Part shown: positions 1-9,766 of the stretch, piece after piece
Layout: each line of letters opens with the position of its first letter
How positions within the stretch are numbered: the first letter of the stretch is position 1
Source: Anaerolineae bacterium
Lineage (GTDB): Bacteria > Chloroflexota > Anaerolineae > UBA1429
Assembly: GCA_963675785.1 (NCBI GenBank)
Contig: OY776562.1
Coordinates: forward strand, 2,560,001-2,624,000
Length of the DNA: 64,000 nucleotides
Direction of reading: 5' to 3'
Notes under the pieces: generated by a model
Seen by the model: the letters and a program-made list of their open reading frames with translations, nothing else
Databases searched by the model: none
What the model was told of the DNA's origin: nothing
Position numbers and translations under genes: made by a program

Positions 1-55
1 ACCATCTGGGAAAAGATAGCACGCTCGGTTGTCAGGGTCAACCTGCCATCGCTTC

Positions 56-84
56 TTGACATCACCAAGCGCCAATGCCATGCT
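56..84 (+). promoter_or_regulatory. Putative sigma70-type promoter of the GT2-rbsK operon
   Basis: TTGACA (56-61), 17-bp spacer, CATGCT (79-84), upstream of the GAGGAG RBS. Confidence 0.4.
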
Positions 85-108
85 AATGGAAATCGATTGA
101 GGAGAAAC

Positions 109-1122
109 ATGATAGAACCACTCTACCCCATGTTGGGTATGATCATCCCCACCTATTTCTCTGATCAGACGCCCGAGGGGATCATCCGTGAACTGTTTGC
201 CATGACCCTGTGCCACCTCGACCATTACCTGCCGCTCGCACAGGTAGAAGTCGTTATCGATGGCGATCAGCGCGCGTTGCCCATCATTCGCGAACTGGGC
301 GCCAGTCTCGATCAACCGTTCGACCTTGTCGTACTCGAGGAGAATCAGGGGAAATTAGGAGCCATTCGCGTGGGTCTAGAGCGCCTGTATGAGCGCTGGC
401 CCAATACCGAGGCAGCCGTCATCCGCGATTGCGACGGCGACCATGGATCTGAGGCTTTGCCTTCGTTCATACGCCTATCCCAAGAGCTAAAAAGCGCTTC
501 GAATGGCCTGTACATGATCGCCGGGGCCCGCACTTCGCGGCACCACCCCATGGGCTGGATGCGCGGCGAGTTGGAGACCATCCTCGATGCTGTGACCATA
601 GACGCCCTGGCCTTTAGCCTGGCCAAACAGAATCGCCTGCTCGACCTGACCTATTGCGCTACGCAACGCGCCGTACCCGATATCAGCAGCGGTTACAAGC
701 TCTATTCGCGCGAGCTTGTACAGCACATCTTTTTCACCCAGACGAACACAGCCTGTCTCTCGCCATACGACTATGATCACCTGGCCCCCGAGACGGCCCC
801 CTTCGTAGAGGCCATGCTGCAGGGCGCCCTCTATGGCGAGATCGAACGTAGCACCTTTAACGGGCAGCCCACCACCTCTTTCGGCGAGTTCGAACACGCC
901 CATCTCTACGGGCGTCTGCTGGCCTGGGTATGGACCCGACTCGACGTACCGCTCGACGTAGGTCTGCAGATGTATGACAATCACGCAGCCCCCAGCCTAC
1001 TGCTCACCACCGAAAACGGCATTCAGGCCGTCGAAGCCGTTCGCCAACGGGCGGCAGACATTATTCAAGTTGGCGAGCCCGAAATGCGCTTTCGCAAACG
1101 CAGACGCAGGAGCTTTGTCTAG
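109..1122 (+). CDS. Glycosyltransferase family 2-like (GT-A fold) protein
   Basis: IIPTY N-terminal strand, VVIDG, ENQGK..A, DCDGDH (DxD) and DISSGYKLYSR motifs; ATG 109 follows GAGGAG RBS. Confidence 0.65.
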   Translation: MIEPLYPMLGMIIPTYFSDQTPEGIIRELFAMTLCHLDHYLPLAQVEVVIDGDQRALPIIRELGASLDQPFDLVVLEENQGKLGAIRVGLERLYERWPNTEAAVIRDCDGDHGSEALPSFIRLSQELKSASNGLYMIAGARTSRHHPMGWMRGELETILDAVTIDALAFSLAKQNRLLDLTYCATQRAVPDISSGYKLYSRELVQHIFFTQTNTACLSPYDYDHLAPETAPFVEAMLQGALYGEIERSTFNGQPTTSFGEFEHAHLYGRLLAWVWTRLDVPLDVGLQMYDNHAAPSLLLTTENGIQAVEAVRQRAADIIQVGEPEMRFRKRRRRSFV

Positions 1123-1183
1123 AACTTTTTCCCCGTTCTCGATCAAAAGATTACAATAATGAGCAGCTCAGGAGTGCAAATAT

Positions 1184-2110
1184 ATGTCAGATATCGTGGT
1201 TCTCGGCAGCATCAACATGGATTTAGTCGTTCGCTCACCGCAGATGCCCCGCCCCGGCGAAACGCTTAGAGGCAGTGGCTTTACCACCGTACCCGGCGGT
1301 AAAGGCGCCAATCAGGCCGCAGCGGCCGCCCATCTGGGGGCCAGCGTGCAAATGATCGGCTGCGTGGGGCAAGATGCCTTTGGTCAAACCCTGCTCACTA
1401 ACCTCACCAATCAGGGTGTCGATGTCTCCAGCGTGCGCACCACAAATGACGAGGCTAGCGGCATTGCCCTGATCATCGTGGATGACGACGGCGAGAATTC
1501 GATTGTGGTAGCGCCGGGGGCCAATTATGCCTTGCAGGCTGCGGATGTGGCCCGCAACCGCCAGATATTCAAGCAGGCACGTATGCTGGTTATGCAGTTA
1601 GAGATTCCCCTGGGGGTCGCTGCGGAGGCCATCTATACCGCCAAAGAGATTGGTCTGCCCGTGGTGCTCAACGCCGCCCCGGCAACCAAGGTGCCCGCCG
1701 AGTTGCTGCGCGGCATCTGCGTCATCGTCAACGAATCCGAAGCCGAGACCATCACCGGCATTCCCGTTCATTCCGATCAAGACGCCTATCGCGTTTGCAT
1801 GCACCTCATGGACCTGGGCGCCGAGACGGCTATCGTCACTCTGGGGCCCAATGGGGCCGTTTACAGCAACAAAAACACTAGCGGATATGTCCCGGGCGTC
1901 AAGGTCAAGGCCATCGATACCACCGGCGCTGGCGACACCTTTGTGGGCGCCTTTTCCGTGGCACTGCTAGAGGGGCGATCGTTGGGCGAGGCTGTGGCCT
2001 ATGCCAACTGCGCCGGCGCCCTGGCCACCACCGTGCTTGGCGCACAAACCTCCATTCCCCAGCGCAATGATGTCGATTCCCTCTACGAGAAGACGAAAAG
2101 CCTAGCATGA
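1184..2110 (+). CDS. rbsK: Ribokinase (PfkB family)
   Basis: GSINMDLV, PGGKGANQA, NESE and DTTGAGDTF signatures; AGGAG RBS. Confidence 0.9.
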   Translation: MSDIVVLGSINMDLVVRSPQMPRPGETLRGSGFTTVPGGKGANQAAAAAHLGASVQMIGCVGQDAFGQTLLTNLTNQGVDVSSVRTTNDEASGIALIIVDDDGENSIVVAPGANYALQAADVARNRQIFKQARMLVMQLEIPLGVAAEAIYTAKEIGLPVVLNAAPATKVPAELLRGICVIVNESEAETITGIPVHSDQDAYRVCMHLMDLGAETAIVTLGPNGAVYSNKNTSGYVPGVKVKAIDTTGAGDTFVGAFSVALLEGRSLGEAVAYANCAGALATTVLGAQTSIPQRNDVDSLYEKTKSLA

Positions 2111-3105
2111 GCGCCAGAATCGGACTCATCGCCAACCCCGCCGCCGGAAAAGACATCCGTCGCCTGATTGCCCACGGCACCAGCATGGATAATCAAGCCA
2201 AGATCGCCATGCTGCGGCGCATTCTAGTGGGCTTGCAGGCCATGGGACCGATCAACGTGTTGGCTATGCCAGATGCCAGCCATCTCATTCAGCGTGCTCT
2301 GGAGGGCATTGGTGGCGTCAAGCCCCAGGTCGATTACGTGGACATGGCCGTCACCAACCTGCCTACCGATTCGACCAAGGCGGCCCAGGCCATGCGTGAG
2401 GCCGATTGTGCCTGCATTCTGGTGCTAGGCGGCGACGGCACGGCACGCATCGTCTCTCAGGCAGACGTGCCTCTGCTACCCATTTCCACCGGCACCAACA
2501 ACGTGCTGCCGGTAACCACCGAGGGCACCCTGGCTGGTATGGCCGCCGGAGCTATGGCACTGGGGCTCATCGACGCCAACCGGGTGTGTTATCGCCACAA
2601 GTGGTTGGAAATTCGCGACAACGACACTTATGTCGACCGCGCCTTGGTGGATGTGGCCGTCATTCGCGGCCAGTTCATCGGCGCCAAGGCCGTGTGGGAT
2701 ACCTCGCGCCTGGTACAGGTGATTGCTACCCGTGCCAATCCCATGTCCACCGGTATTTCGGCCATCGCTGGCATGTGCTGTCCGGTCGCCGTGAGCGAGC
2801 CGCACGGCGTGGCCCTGACTATTGGGCCGGATAGCAGCAAATCGGCCAGTCATCACATTCGCGCGGTCATTGCCCCGGGTCTGGTCGAGAGTGTGGGCAT
2901 TCAGGCTCACCGCAGCATCGCCCCCGATGAGTCCGTGGCCATTGTCGACGAGCGGCCCCTGGTCATCGCCCTTGATGGTGAACGTGAGATCGTGCTGAAC
3001 GCCCCCTCGCGGGCCACCGTCACCCTGCACGATGACGGGCCTTGTATTATCGATCTGGAAGCGGCCGTTCACCAGATGGTCAGCCGACACTTGTTCACAG
3101 TCTAG
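2107..3105 (+). CDS. NAD kinase-like protein, AcoX (acetoin catabolism protein X) type
   Basis: IANPAAGKDIRRL, LGGDGT, STGTNN and ALDGERE motifs; ATGA overlap with rbsK. Confidence 0.8.
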   Translation: MSARIGLIANPAAGKDIRRLIAHGTSMDNQAKIAMLRRILVGLQAMGPINVLAMPDASHLIQRALEGIGGVKPQVDYVDMAVTNLPTDSTKAAQAMREADCACILVLGGDGTARIVSQADVPLLPISTGTNNVLPVTTEGTLAGMAAGAMALGLIDANRVCYRHKWLEIRDNDTYVDRALVDVAVIRGQFIGAKAVWDTSRLVQVIATRANPMSTGISAIAGMCCPVAVSEPHGVALTIGPDSSKSASHHIRAVIAPGLVESVGIQAHRSIAPDESVAIVDERPLVIALDGEREIVLNAPSRATVTLHDDGPCIIDLEAAVHQMVSRHLFTV

Positions 3106-3145
3106 AGCGCCCCGACGCGCCCTACCCAGCCAATACGGAGGAATA

Positions 3146-4555
3146 ATGACAATTAAAACAGATATCGCGATCATCGGTTCAGGCCCCGGAGGCTATGTGG
3201 CCGCATTGAGGGCCGCTCAGCTCGGTGCGAGTTGCACCCTCATCGAAAAAGACAGATTGGGTGGCGTTTGCTTGAACTGGGGCTGCATCCCCACCAAGGC
3301 ACTGTTGTATTCTGCCGAGGTCATCGAGAGCGCCCACACCGCCAGCGATTTCGGTATCAACATCGGCGATGTGGTGGTGGATTGGGATGGCGTCCAGGCC
3401 CACAAAAACAGTGTGGTCAAAAAACTCACCGGTGGCGTCGAGGTGTTGCTGAAAAAGGCCGGCGTCAACATTCTTTACGGCGCGGCCAGCTTTATCGAGC
3501 CCACTATTTTACAGGTCGAGGGCGAATCCGGCACAGAAACCGTCGAGGCGCGTGATGTGATCATCGCTACCGGCTCACGCAACGCCAGCATCCCCATCCC
3601 AGGGCTGGATGGCCCTGGCGTGGTCGATAGCACCGGCGCTCTGGCCCTGGAAGCCCTACCCAACTCCATCTGCATTATTGGTGCGGGCGCCATCGGCTTG
3701 GAATTCGCCAGCCTGTTCAATGATTTCGGCGTCAAGGTGACCGTGGTCGAGATGATGCCCCGCATTGCCCCACTGATGGATGAGGCCATCAGCCGCGGCT
3801 TGGACCGTGCACTCTCTGGCAAGGGCATCGACCTGCACACCAACACCCGCGTCTCTCGCGTCGAGCACGATGGCAAGCAGTGCATCATCACCATGACCAA
3901 GGACGGCGAGGAGCAAAAGGTCTCGACGGACATCGTGCTCTCAGCTATCGGCCGAGCGGCCAACATTGAGAACATTGGCCTGGAAAATCTGGGCATCAAA
4001 GCCGACCGCAAGGGCATTCAGGTGGATAACCGTATGCGCACGGCCGTGCCCCATGTCTATGCCATCGGTGACGTGGCCAAAGACGGCCCCATGCTGGCCC
4101 ACGTCGCCTCGCACCAGGGCATCGTGGCCGTCGAAGACGCCATGGGCCTGACGGCGCACATGGCATATAACGCCGTGCCTTCCTGCATCTATACTTCTCC
4201 CGAGGTGGCCTCGGTGGGTCTTACGGAGGAAGAGGCTCGCAATGCCGGTTACGAGGTCGTCACCGGCACCTTCCGACTGGGCGCCAACGGCAAAGCGCTG
4301 GCCATGGGCGTATCCGATGGATTCGTCAAGGTGGTCTCTGATGCCAAGAACAAGGCCATTCTGGGTGTGCACATCGTCGGCCCCCACGCCAGCGATGTCA
4401 TCCTCGAAGGCACACTCTCGCTGGACATGGAAGTCACCCTCGGCGAGATGCGCCATGTCATCCATCCCCATCCGGCTCTGGGCGAAGCGCTGGCTGAAGC
4501 CATGTTGGATGCCGAAGGCATTTCGCTGCATTCCGTCTCGCGCAAGCGCAAATAA
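3146..4555 (+). CDS. lpdA: Dihydrolipoyl dehydrogenase (E3)
   Basis: GSGPGGY FAD motif, GGVCLNWGCIPTK redox disulfide, GAGAIG NAD motif, HPALGE catalytic motif; ATG 3146 after GGAGG. Confidence 0.93.
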   Translation: MTIKTDIAIIGSGPGGYVAALRAAQLGASCTLIEKDRLGGVCLNWGCIPTKALLYSAEVIESAHTASDFGINIGDVVVDWDGVQAHKNSVVKKLTGGVEVLLKKAGVNILYGAASFIEPTILQVEGESGTETVEARDVIIATGSRNASIPIPGLDGPGVVDSTGALALEALPNSICIIGAGAIGLEFASLFNDFGVKVTVVEMMPRIAPLMDEAISRGLDRALSGKGIDLHTNTRVSRVEHDGKQCIITMTKDGEEQKVSTDIVLSAIGRAANIENIGLENLGIKADRKGIQVDNRMRTAVPHVYAIGDVAKDGPMLAHVASHQGIVAVEDAMGLTAHMAYNAVPSCIYTSPEVASVGLTEEEARNAGYEVVTGTFRLGANGKALAMGVSDGFVKVVSDAKNKAILGVHIVGPHASDVILEGTLSLDMEVTLGEMRHVIHPHPALGEALAEAMLDAEGISLHSVSRKRK

Positions 4556-4557
4556 TG

Positions 4558-4587
4558 AAAAGGGGGAGTCTTAAGACTCCCCCTTTT
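4558..4587. terminator. Bidirectional intrinsic terminator
   Basis: Perfect palindrome AAAAGGGGGAGTC-TTAA-GACTCCCCCTTTT between convergent lpdA and methyltransferase genes. Confidence 0.9.
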
Positions 4588-4588
4588 A

Positions 4589-5332
4589 TTAGCGTTTCCG
4601 TGCCACCCACATGATGCGAAACGTCTCTTCTCCGGGCGGATCAAAGGTAAAGCAGTCATAGGCGGCTTCTACCGCAAAACCAGCATCAGTCAACAGATTG
4701 GCTACCTCTTCGGGCGGATAGGCCTGTTCGACATGCTCCTCGACCATGCGCTCATAGAGCTCACCGCGGCGCTCAAAGGCGGTGAGCATCAGATTGACTC
4801 GCTTGAGATAGTCGTCATAGGTGCTCTTCATGACTACAGCCAAGTCGCCGTTATCCCGAAAGGTCGTCTCGTCATCCCATAGCATTTCAAAGGCATAATC
4901 GGTATTCATGTCGAACATGAACACGCCGCCGGGCACCAAAGCATGGTTCACCCGTCGAAAAACGGCCAATAAATCCTCACTGGTGAGCATATAATTGATG
5001 CTGTCATACAGGCAGGTCACCCAGTCTACTGATGTGCGCAAGCGAAAGGCGCGCATATCCGCCTGGATGAGCGGGCAGTTGAGGCCATCCTGAGCGAGCT
5101 TTAGCCGGGTCTCAGCCAGCATCTCAACCGAACCATCAATGCCCAAAGCCTGCCAGCCGGTTTGCAGCATGGCCTTGAGTACCGTGCCCGTACCGCAAGC
5201 CAAATCAAGACAGCGCCGCCCCGCCACCTCGTGTTTGTCCAACAGTTCTTGCAGATAAGAGATCATCTTGATGCTAAAAAAGAGTTGCCCAGAAGCATCA
5301 TAGATGTGTGCATAGTCCTTGTAATTGATCAA
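4589..5332 (-). CDS. Class I SAM-dependent methyltransferase
   Basis: LDLACGTG motif I, GIDGS, QADMR, DSINY and LVPGG motifs; TTG start after GGAG. Confidence 0.88.
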   Translation of the reverse strand: MINYKDYAHIYDASGQLFFSIKMISYLQELLDKHEVAGRRCLDLACGTGTVLKAMLQTGWQALGIDGSVEMLAETRLKLAQDGLNCPLIQADMRAFRLRTSVDWVTCLYDSINYMLTSEDLLAVFRRVNHALVPGGVFMFDMNTDYAFEMLWDDETTFRDNGDLAVVMKSTYDDYLKRVNLMLTAFERRGELYERMVEEHVEQAYPPEEVANLLTDAGFAVEAAYDCFTFDPPGEETFRIMWVARKR

Positions 5333-5381
5333 ACCGAAAAACTCCTTTTGCCGCCAGCCTCAGAGGGGTTAAACTATCAGC

Positions 5382-6164
5382 ATGAAAGACTATATCATCC
5401 GCAAGGCCCTGCCAAACGCGCAGGACTCAGCCGGCATTCATCATGTCGAGCAGATCAGCCTGGGCGATTCACCCTATGGCGTCGAGCGTGTGCTATCCGT
5501 GTTGGCCGATCCCACACACTATACCTGGCTGGCCCAGTCAGTCGAGGGCACCATCGTCGGCTTTTGCGACTGTTTTCTCACCCGTCGTCCCCGCCTTTGC
5601 CTGGAGATAGACTTGCTGGGCGTGCTATCCGAGGCTAGAAAAAACGGCCTGGCCACACAAATGCTTTGCGAGGCAGCTGCTTACGGTCACCAACTCGGCG
5701 TGGCCAATTGCCGTGCCCTGGTAGCGCAGGATAACATCGCCTCACGGCGAGCCTTTGAAAAGGCCGGTTTTACGGCCAGTAGCGAACTGTATCGATTGCT
5801 CATCTGTGAGACGGGCTCGACGCAGCCACAAGAGCAGCCACACCTCATAACAAGCCCTACGCAACCCGCTGGCTCCCCAAGCGCTGTGCCCTTGCGGCGT
5901 CTGCAACTGCCCTCGTCAGATGCCTGGGTCGACGTGGTCAAGGTTCGTACCATCCCTTACGACGGCCTCTGGATCGAGGGCATCGGGGAGGCGTCAGAAG
6001 ATGACATACTCACTACGCTACGTCAACTTGTTGCCTATGCTCAGCAGCAAAATCTGGACGAGGTCGGGCGCATTCATCCACTCGATGATGAATCTGGCCA
6101 AGCTACTGCTCTGTTTAGAGCTGGCTTTAGCCACATTGGCGAGTATTACATTCTCTCGGCCTGA
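5382..6164 (+). CDS. GNAT family N-acetyltransferase
   Basis: LGV..EARKNGLA acetyl-CoA motif A and N..S..AFEKAGF motif B. Confidence 0.8.
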   Translation: MKDYIIRKALPNAQDSAGIHHVEQISLGDSPYGVERVLSVLADPTHYTWLAQSVEGTIVGFCDCFLTRRPRLCLEIDLLGVLSEARKNGLATQMLCEAAAYGHQLGVANCRALVAQDNIASRRAFEKAGFTASSELYRLLICETGSTQPQEQPHLITSPTQPAGSPSAVPLRRLQLPSSDAWVDVVKVRTIPYDGLWIEGIGEASEDDILTTLRQLVAYAQQQNLDEVGRIHPLDDESGQATALFRAGFSHIGEYYILSA

Positions 6165-7444
6165 GAGGCAGCGATCTTGGTTTCCAACCGCGACAGGCGA
6201 TGGCTCAGCTCTTGCAGTGTAAGCCGAGAGGCCTGTGTCATCGGTCGGCGTGCGCTTACCATGCACAGGGCCTCCTGGGTCAAGCTGTGGGCCTGGGCCA
6301 AATCGCGATAATCCAGCTGGTGTTCGTAAATCTTGGCCAGTTCCACATAAGGTTCCACCAGCCCCTGGCCAAGCTGATTGCGCCACACGGCCATGGCCAT
6401 GTCATAACGCGCCCGCCTGTCTGTCTCTTTGCTGCCACGCGCCCAACGCTTGAGCATCAACCCCAGTCTCTCTGAAGCTTCGCCAGACACCGCCGGTCCG
6501 CCTTGCTGAATGGTTCCCTCGTACATGGCCATGGCCCGCTCGAACCAAACCTCCTCAACCTCGTCGGTAGAGCAAGCTTGGAAAGCACGCCCTTCAAACA
6601 GCCGCCCCAAAGACAAACATTCGGCGGGATCCTGGGCAGCCTGCGGCGCCTGCAAACTGAGCAGCTGTTCGGTGCGAGCTGTCAGTGTTACCAACGAGAG
6701 AATGTCCAGTTCATTATGATAAAAGACACCCTCCAAGGGCACAATTTCTCCCGCCCGCAAGTACTCGTCATAGATCTCGGGGACCAAATAACCAGGGATA
6801 TCGATGCCCTTACGTACCACACCCAGCCTGTTATTCTCGATGGAGCCCAGGGAACAGGATGGGAGCGCGTTGCGCCAAAAGCGCCGCGAAAGGGTCAGCA
6901 GGTCGAGATGCGGCTGAGGGTTCAATTGCGGCCGTGCACCCAGACGCACATAGCGGTCGCACAGCAGGGGCCAGTCAAAACTTCGCCCGTTAAAGGTCAC
7001 CAACCCGTTGAGTTCAGCCAGGCTGCTGTTGAGCAGCGAAAGCATGGCCTCTTCATCAGGCGGATCGGGCACAAAGAACTGCTGTAGCACAAAACGATCG
7101 CCTCGGAAAAAGCCCAGCCCCACCAAAAAGGCCATAGCGTTACGCAAGCCAGTGGTTTCCAGATCCAAATAGGCCACGCGCGCCGGATCAAAGGCGCCTG
7201 AACCATAGGCAAAAGGCTCCACTTGCCCTTCATAGGCCTGCAAGGCAAAAGCCAGCGGTGTATCCCCATGCACATGGCCAGGGTCATAGACGCGCTCACG
7301 CACCAGGCAGCGCATCCCTTGCAACTCGGTGATATCACCCCCCACCAGGCTTTGCAGATCACCCAATCGGGCAGGCCCGAGGTTTCGCGATCGCCCCGAG
7401 CTACGGCCCAGGGTTAGGCGTAAATGTCGATCAAGGCTATCCAA
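6146..7444 (-). CDS. YprB/MrfB-like RNase H-like (DEDD) exonuclease with C-terminal TPR-like helices
   Basis: YLDLETTG, TFNGRSFDWP, HLDLL, HNELD; C-terminal ELAKIYEH...HRLSRL. Confidence 0.85.
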   Translation of the reverse strand: MDSLDRHLRLTLGRSSGRSRNLGPARLGDLQSLVGGDITELQGMRCLVRERVYDPGHVHGDTPLAFALQAYEGQVEPFAYGSGAFDPARVAYLDLETTGLRNAMAFLVGLGFFRGDRFVLQQFFVPDPPDEEAMLSLLNSSLAELNGLVTFNGRSFDWPLLCDRYVRLGARPQLNPQPHLDLLTLSRRFWRNALPSCSLGSIENNRLGVVRKGIDIPGYLVPEIYDEYLRAGEIVPLEGVFYHNELDILSLVTLTARTEQLLSLQAPQAAQDPAECLSLGRLFEGRAFQACSTDEVEEVWFERAMAMYEGTIQQGGPAVSGEASERLGLMLKRWARGSKETDRRARYDMAMAVWRNQLGQGLVEPYVELAKIYEHQLDYRDLAQAHSLTQEALCMVSARRPMTQASRLTLQELSHRLSRLETKIAASQAERM

Positions 7445-7477
7445 GGGTATCGTTTCTCCATCAGGTATAGTGAGATC

Positions 7478-7506
7478 ATTATACCATCACAGAACAAATG
7501 TTCACA
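7478..7506 (-). promoter_or_regulatory. Promoter with LexA (SOS) box upstream of the YprB-like gene
   Basis: Extended -10 TGGTATAAT (7486-7478, minus strand); GAAC-AAAT-GTTC at 7492-7503, near-identical to the box in the lexA promoter. Confidence 0.75.
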
Positions 7507-7507
7507 T

Positions 7508-7541
7508 AAAGACAAGGCGGCTGCATGACGCAACCGCCTTG
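7508..7541 (-). terminator. Intrinsic terminator after the DUF3604 gene
   Basis: CAAGGCGGTTGC-GTCAT-GCAGCCGCCTTG hairpin followed by TCTTT on the minus strand. Confidence 0.7.
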
Positions 7542-7552
7542 ATTGTACTAGT

Positions 7553-9745
7553 TCAGCCCATATAAACCTGGCCATCGAACAAAGGCCGAGTCCAATCCTG
7601 TCCTTTGATGATCTCGCGGCCATACTGTACCCAGCCGACCTCCAGCCGCAGCCGAGGGTGCTCAAAGCCGTAGAAAAAGTGAATGCGGATGCGTTTGCCA
7701 CGTACCTGCGTCAGAAATACCGCATAGGGCCCCATGGGGGAATGCACTACCTTGAGCGGGGTGATGTTCTCAAAAGCGGCAGCACATTCTTCCCGCTCCA
7801 AATAGTCCATTAGGGCGGGCAAGTGCTCTGCTGCATCCTGAGCTCGAATGGGATCGATCTCGATAACTTCGGGCTCATTCCAGGCGGGCAGGCCCTCTGC
7901 CGAGCCGCCGCAGGTGGATTCCACCCAAATGGGCGAAGACCAGATCATCTCGCCGTCCTCTTGCTCGATGCGCAGGTAATAGTAACTGGCGCCCGTCGGC
8001 GGGCAGTCGACGATCTCGGTGCCAAAGCTTAGCTCGCCCGGCTCCCAACGCGCCAGTCGCTGCGTATCGCGAATCAAATCCACACGCTCTAGGGGCGCAG
8101 TACCCTCGATAGCAATCTTGAGTGCCACCTCATGGTCAACTGAAAGTTCGCCGCCCATGAATACGCCATTCGCACTGAAATCTACCAAAGCCCGGGCGCC
8201 AGTGGTAGCATAGACCCTCCGTTGAGAAAAAGCCTCCCATAGCGCCTCGCGGGTCAGTTCCTTGGCGCATACCCCCAAGATGGGTCCACCATACCAGCCC
8301 GCATCACGGCGGCGCAACAACCCGAAAAAGCGGCCTCCCTCGCTGCTAACTATGCGAGGATGCCCCGGCGTGGCCTTGTGGCCATCCGAGCCACCGATAA
8401 AGCCCACGCGATAACCCTTTTGCAGATAGGCCTGGCCAAACCACTCAAAATTGCCATGCCCAGAGGTCATCTCACACAAATGCTCTACTTTATCGTCGTG
8501 GCAGGTAGGGAAGGCAATCGCACCGCCCACATGGGGCGTTACCATGCCTTGCTGTCGAGCCATCTGTGCAAAGACTTGATCGATCTTCCAAGTGGGGTCA
8601 GGTGTGGGCGCATCCAACTCGCGCCAAATGAGGTTGCGGTCACCGCCGATCTGCTCGCCATCGCGCCATTCACAGCCCAAAAAGGAAACAAAGCGACCCG
8701 GCGCATCCACGGCCTGAGCCGCCTGACGGGCTAACTCCCACCATTTATATACAGCCTGCGGTGCTTGCCTAAAGATATGCGAGCCCATGGACATGAAATC
8801 AAGGCGGGTCACATCGCGTCCATATTCAAAGGCCCCCCGAGGATGGGTACCCTCGTTGAGCACATTGATCTCTGAACCATCATAGCCGTGGCAGTGAAAC
8901 TCGCCCCAGTACACGTTCCACTCGTTCTCGCCTACCTTGATGGGGTTGCTGATCGCGCGAATGCCGCGTTCCTCATCCACCAGCTCTAGCCGGGCTACAC
9001 CAGAACGCTCTACAGAGGCTGTGGCGTGCAGGCCTTTGCCGACCGCCTGAAAGGTATCGCCAGTCGCGGCCAGCTTGATAGGGTGATCCACATCAATGGC
9101 GTTACCGTTGATATCCACCGGCAGGGCCGTTACCTCAAATGTCTCACCAAGCTGCGCGTTGGACGGCGCAAAGAAATAGTAACTGTGCACGGGCTGACAG
9201 GGCACCACACGCACCGTCATCGTGGCATTGGGCACGGGACGATAACGCTTATCGCCAGGCAAAGCCACACCCACCTCGATATGGGCGGCATCATAGCGGG
9301 CCGGCTGTACCTGACAACCCGTACCGCCAAAGCGCTGGTCGCCCATACGCATCACAATGATCTCGCCAGGTCGCCAATCTCGCGGCAGGGTCACAATGGC
9401 TGGCGTCGCCGCCTTGAACACTGTCTCGCATTCAAAGGGCAAAGGCTCTCCCGCACCCTCTTCTACCGTCACATAGCCCATTGATTCCGGCCAATAATCC
9501 TGATGAATCCAGTCAAAGCGAAACTCGTTCTCCATTTTGGTAAAGGCCACACGTGAACCAGCAGGCAACATTTCATCGGGTGAAAAACGGATCACCCAGG
9601 TGCCCACGCGGCCCGCCTCGACGGTGATCGAGGAAGCAGGGAGTACATCCTCAGCAAGGTTGGCTTCAAAGGCAATGGTCGCCGTACCAGGAAAAGTGTA
9701 AAAAGGCACATCCAAACGATTCGACGTCGGTTCTTTTCTATCCAT
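7553..9745 (-). CDS. DUF3604 / PHP-fold metallohydrolase-like protein
   Basis: YWGEFHCH, GCEW...GDRN, PH, GFIGGSDGH, RRVYATTG and YYYLR..QEDGE..WSSPIW motifs; GGAGG RBS. Confidence 0.75.
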   Translation of the reverse strand: MDRKEPTSNRLDVPFYTFPGTATIAFEANLAEDVLPASSITVEAGRVGTWVIRFSPDEMLPAGSRVAFTKMENEFRFDWIHQDYWPESMGYVTVEEGAGEPLPFECETVFKAATPAIVTLPRDWRPGEIIVMRMGDQRFGGTGCQVQPARYDAAHIEVGVALPGDKRYRPVPNATMTVRVVPCQPVHSYYFFAPSNAQLGETFEVTALPVDINGNAIDVDHPIKLAATGDTFQAVGKGLHATASVERSGVARLELVDEERGIRAISNPIKVGENEWNVYWGEFHCHGYDGSEINVLNEGTHPRGAFEYGRDVTRLDFMSMGSHIFRQAPQAVYKWWELARQAAQAVDAPGRFVSFLGCEWRDGEQIGGDRNLIWRELDAPTPDPTWKIDQVFAQMARQQGMVTPHVGGAIAFPTCHDDKVEHLCEMTSGHGNFEWFGQAYLQKGYRVGFIGGSDGHKATPGHPRIVSSEGGRFFGLLRRRDAGWYGGPILGVCAKELTREALWEAFSQRRVYATTGARALVDFSANGVFMGGELSVDHEVALKIAIEGTAPLERVDLIRDTQRLARWEPGELSFGTEIVDCPPTGASYYYLRIEQEDGEMIWSSPIWVESTCGGSAEGLPAWNEPEVIEIDPIRAQDAAEHLPALMDYLEREECAAAFENITPLKVVHSPMGPYAVFLTQVRGKRIRIHFFYGFEHPRLRLEVGWVQYGREIIKGQDWTRPLFDGQVYMG

Positions 9746-9766
9746 CAGAGCACCTCCAAGGCAAAA

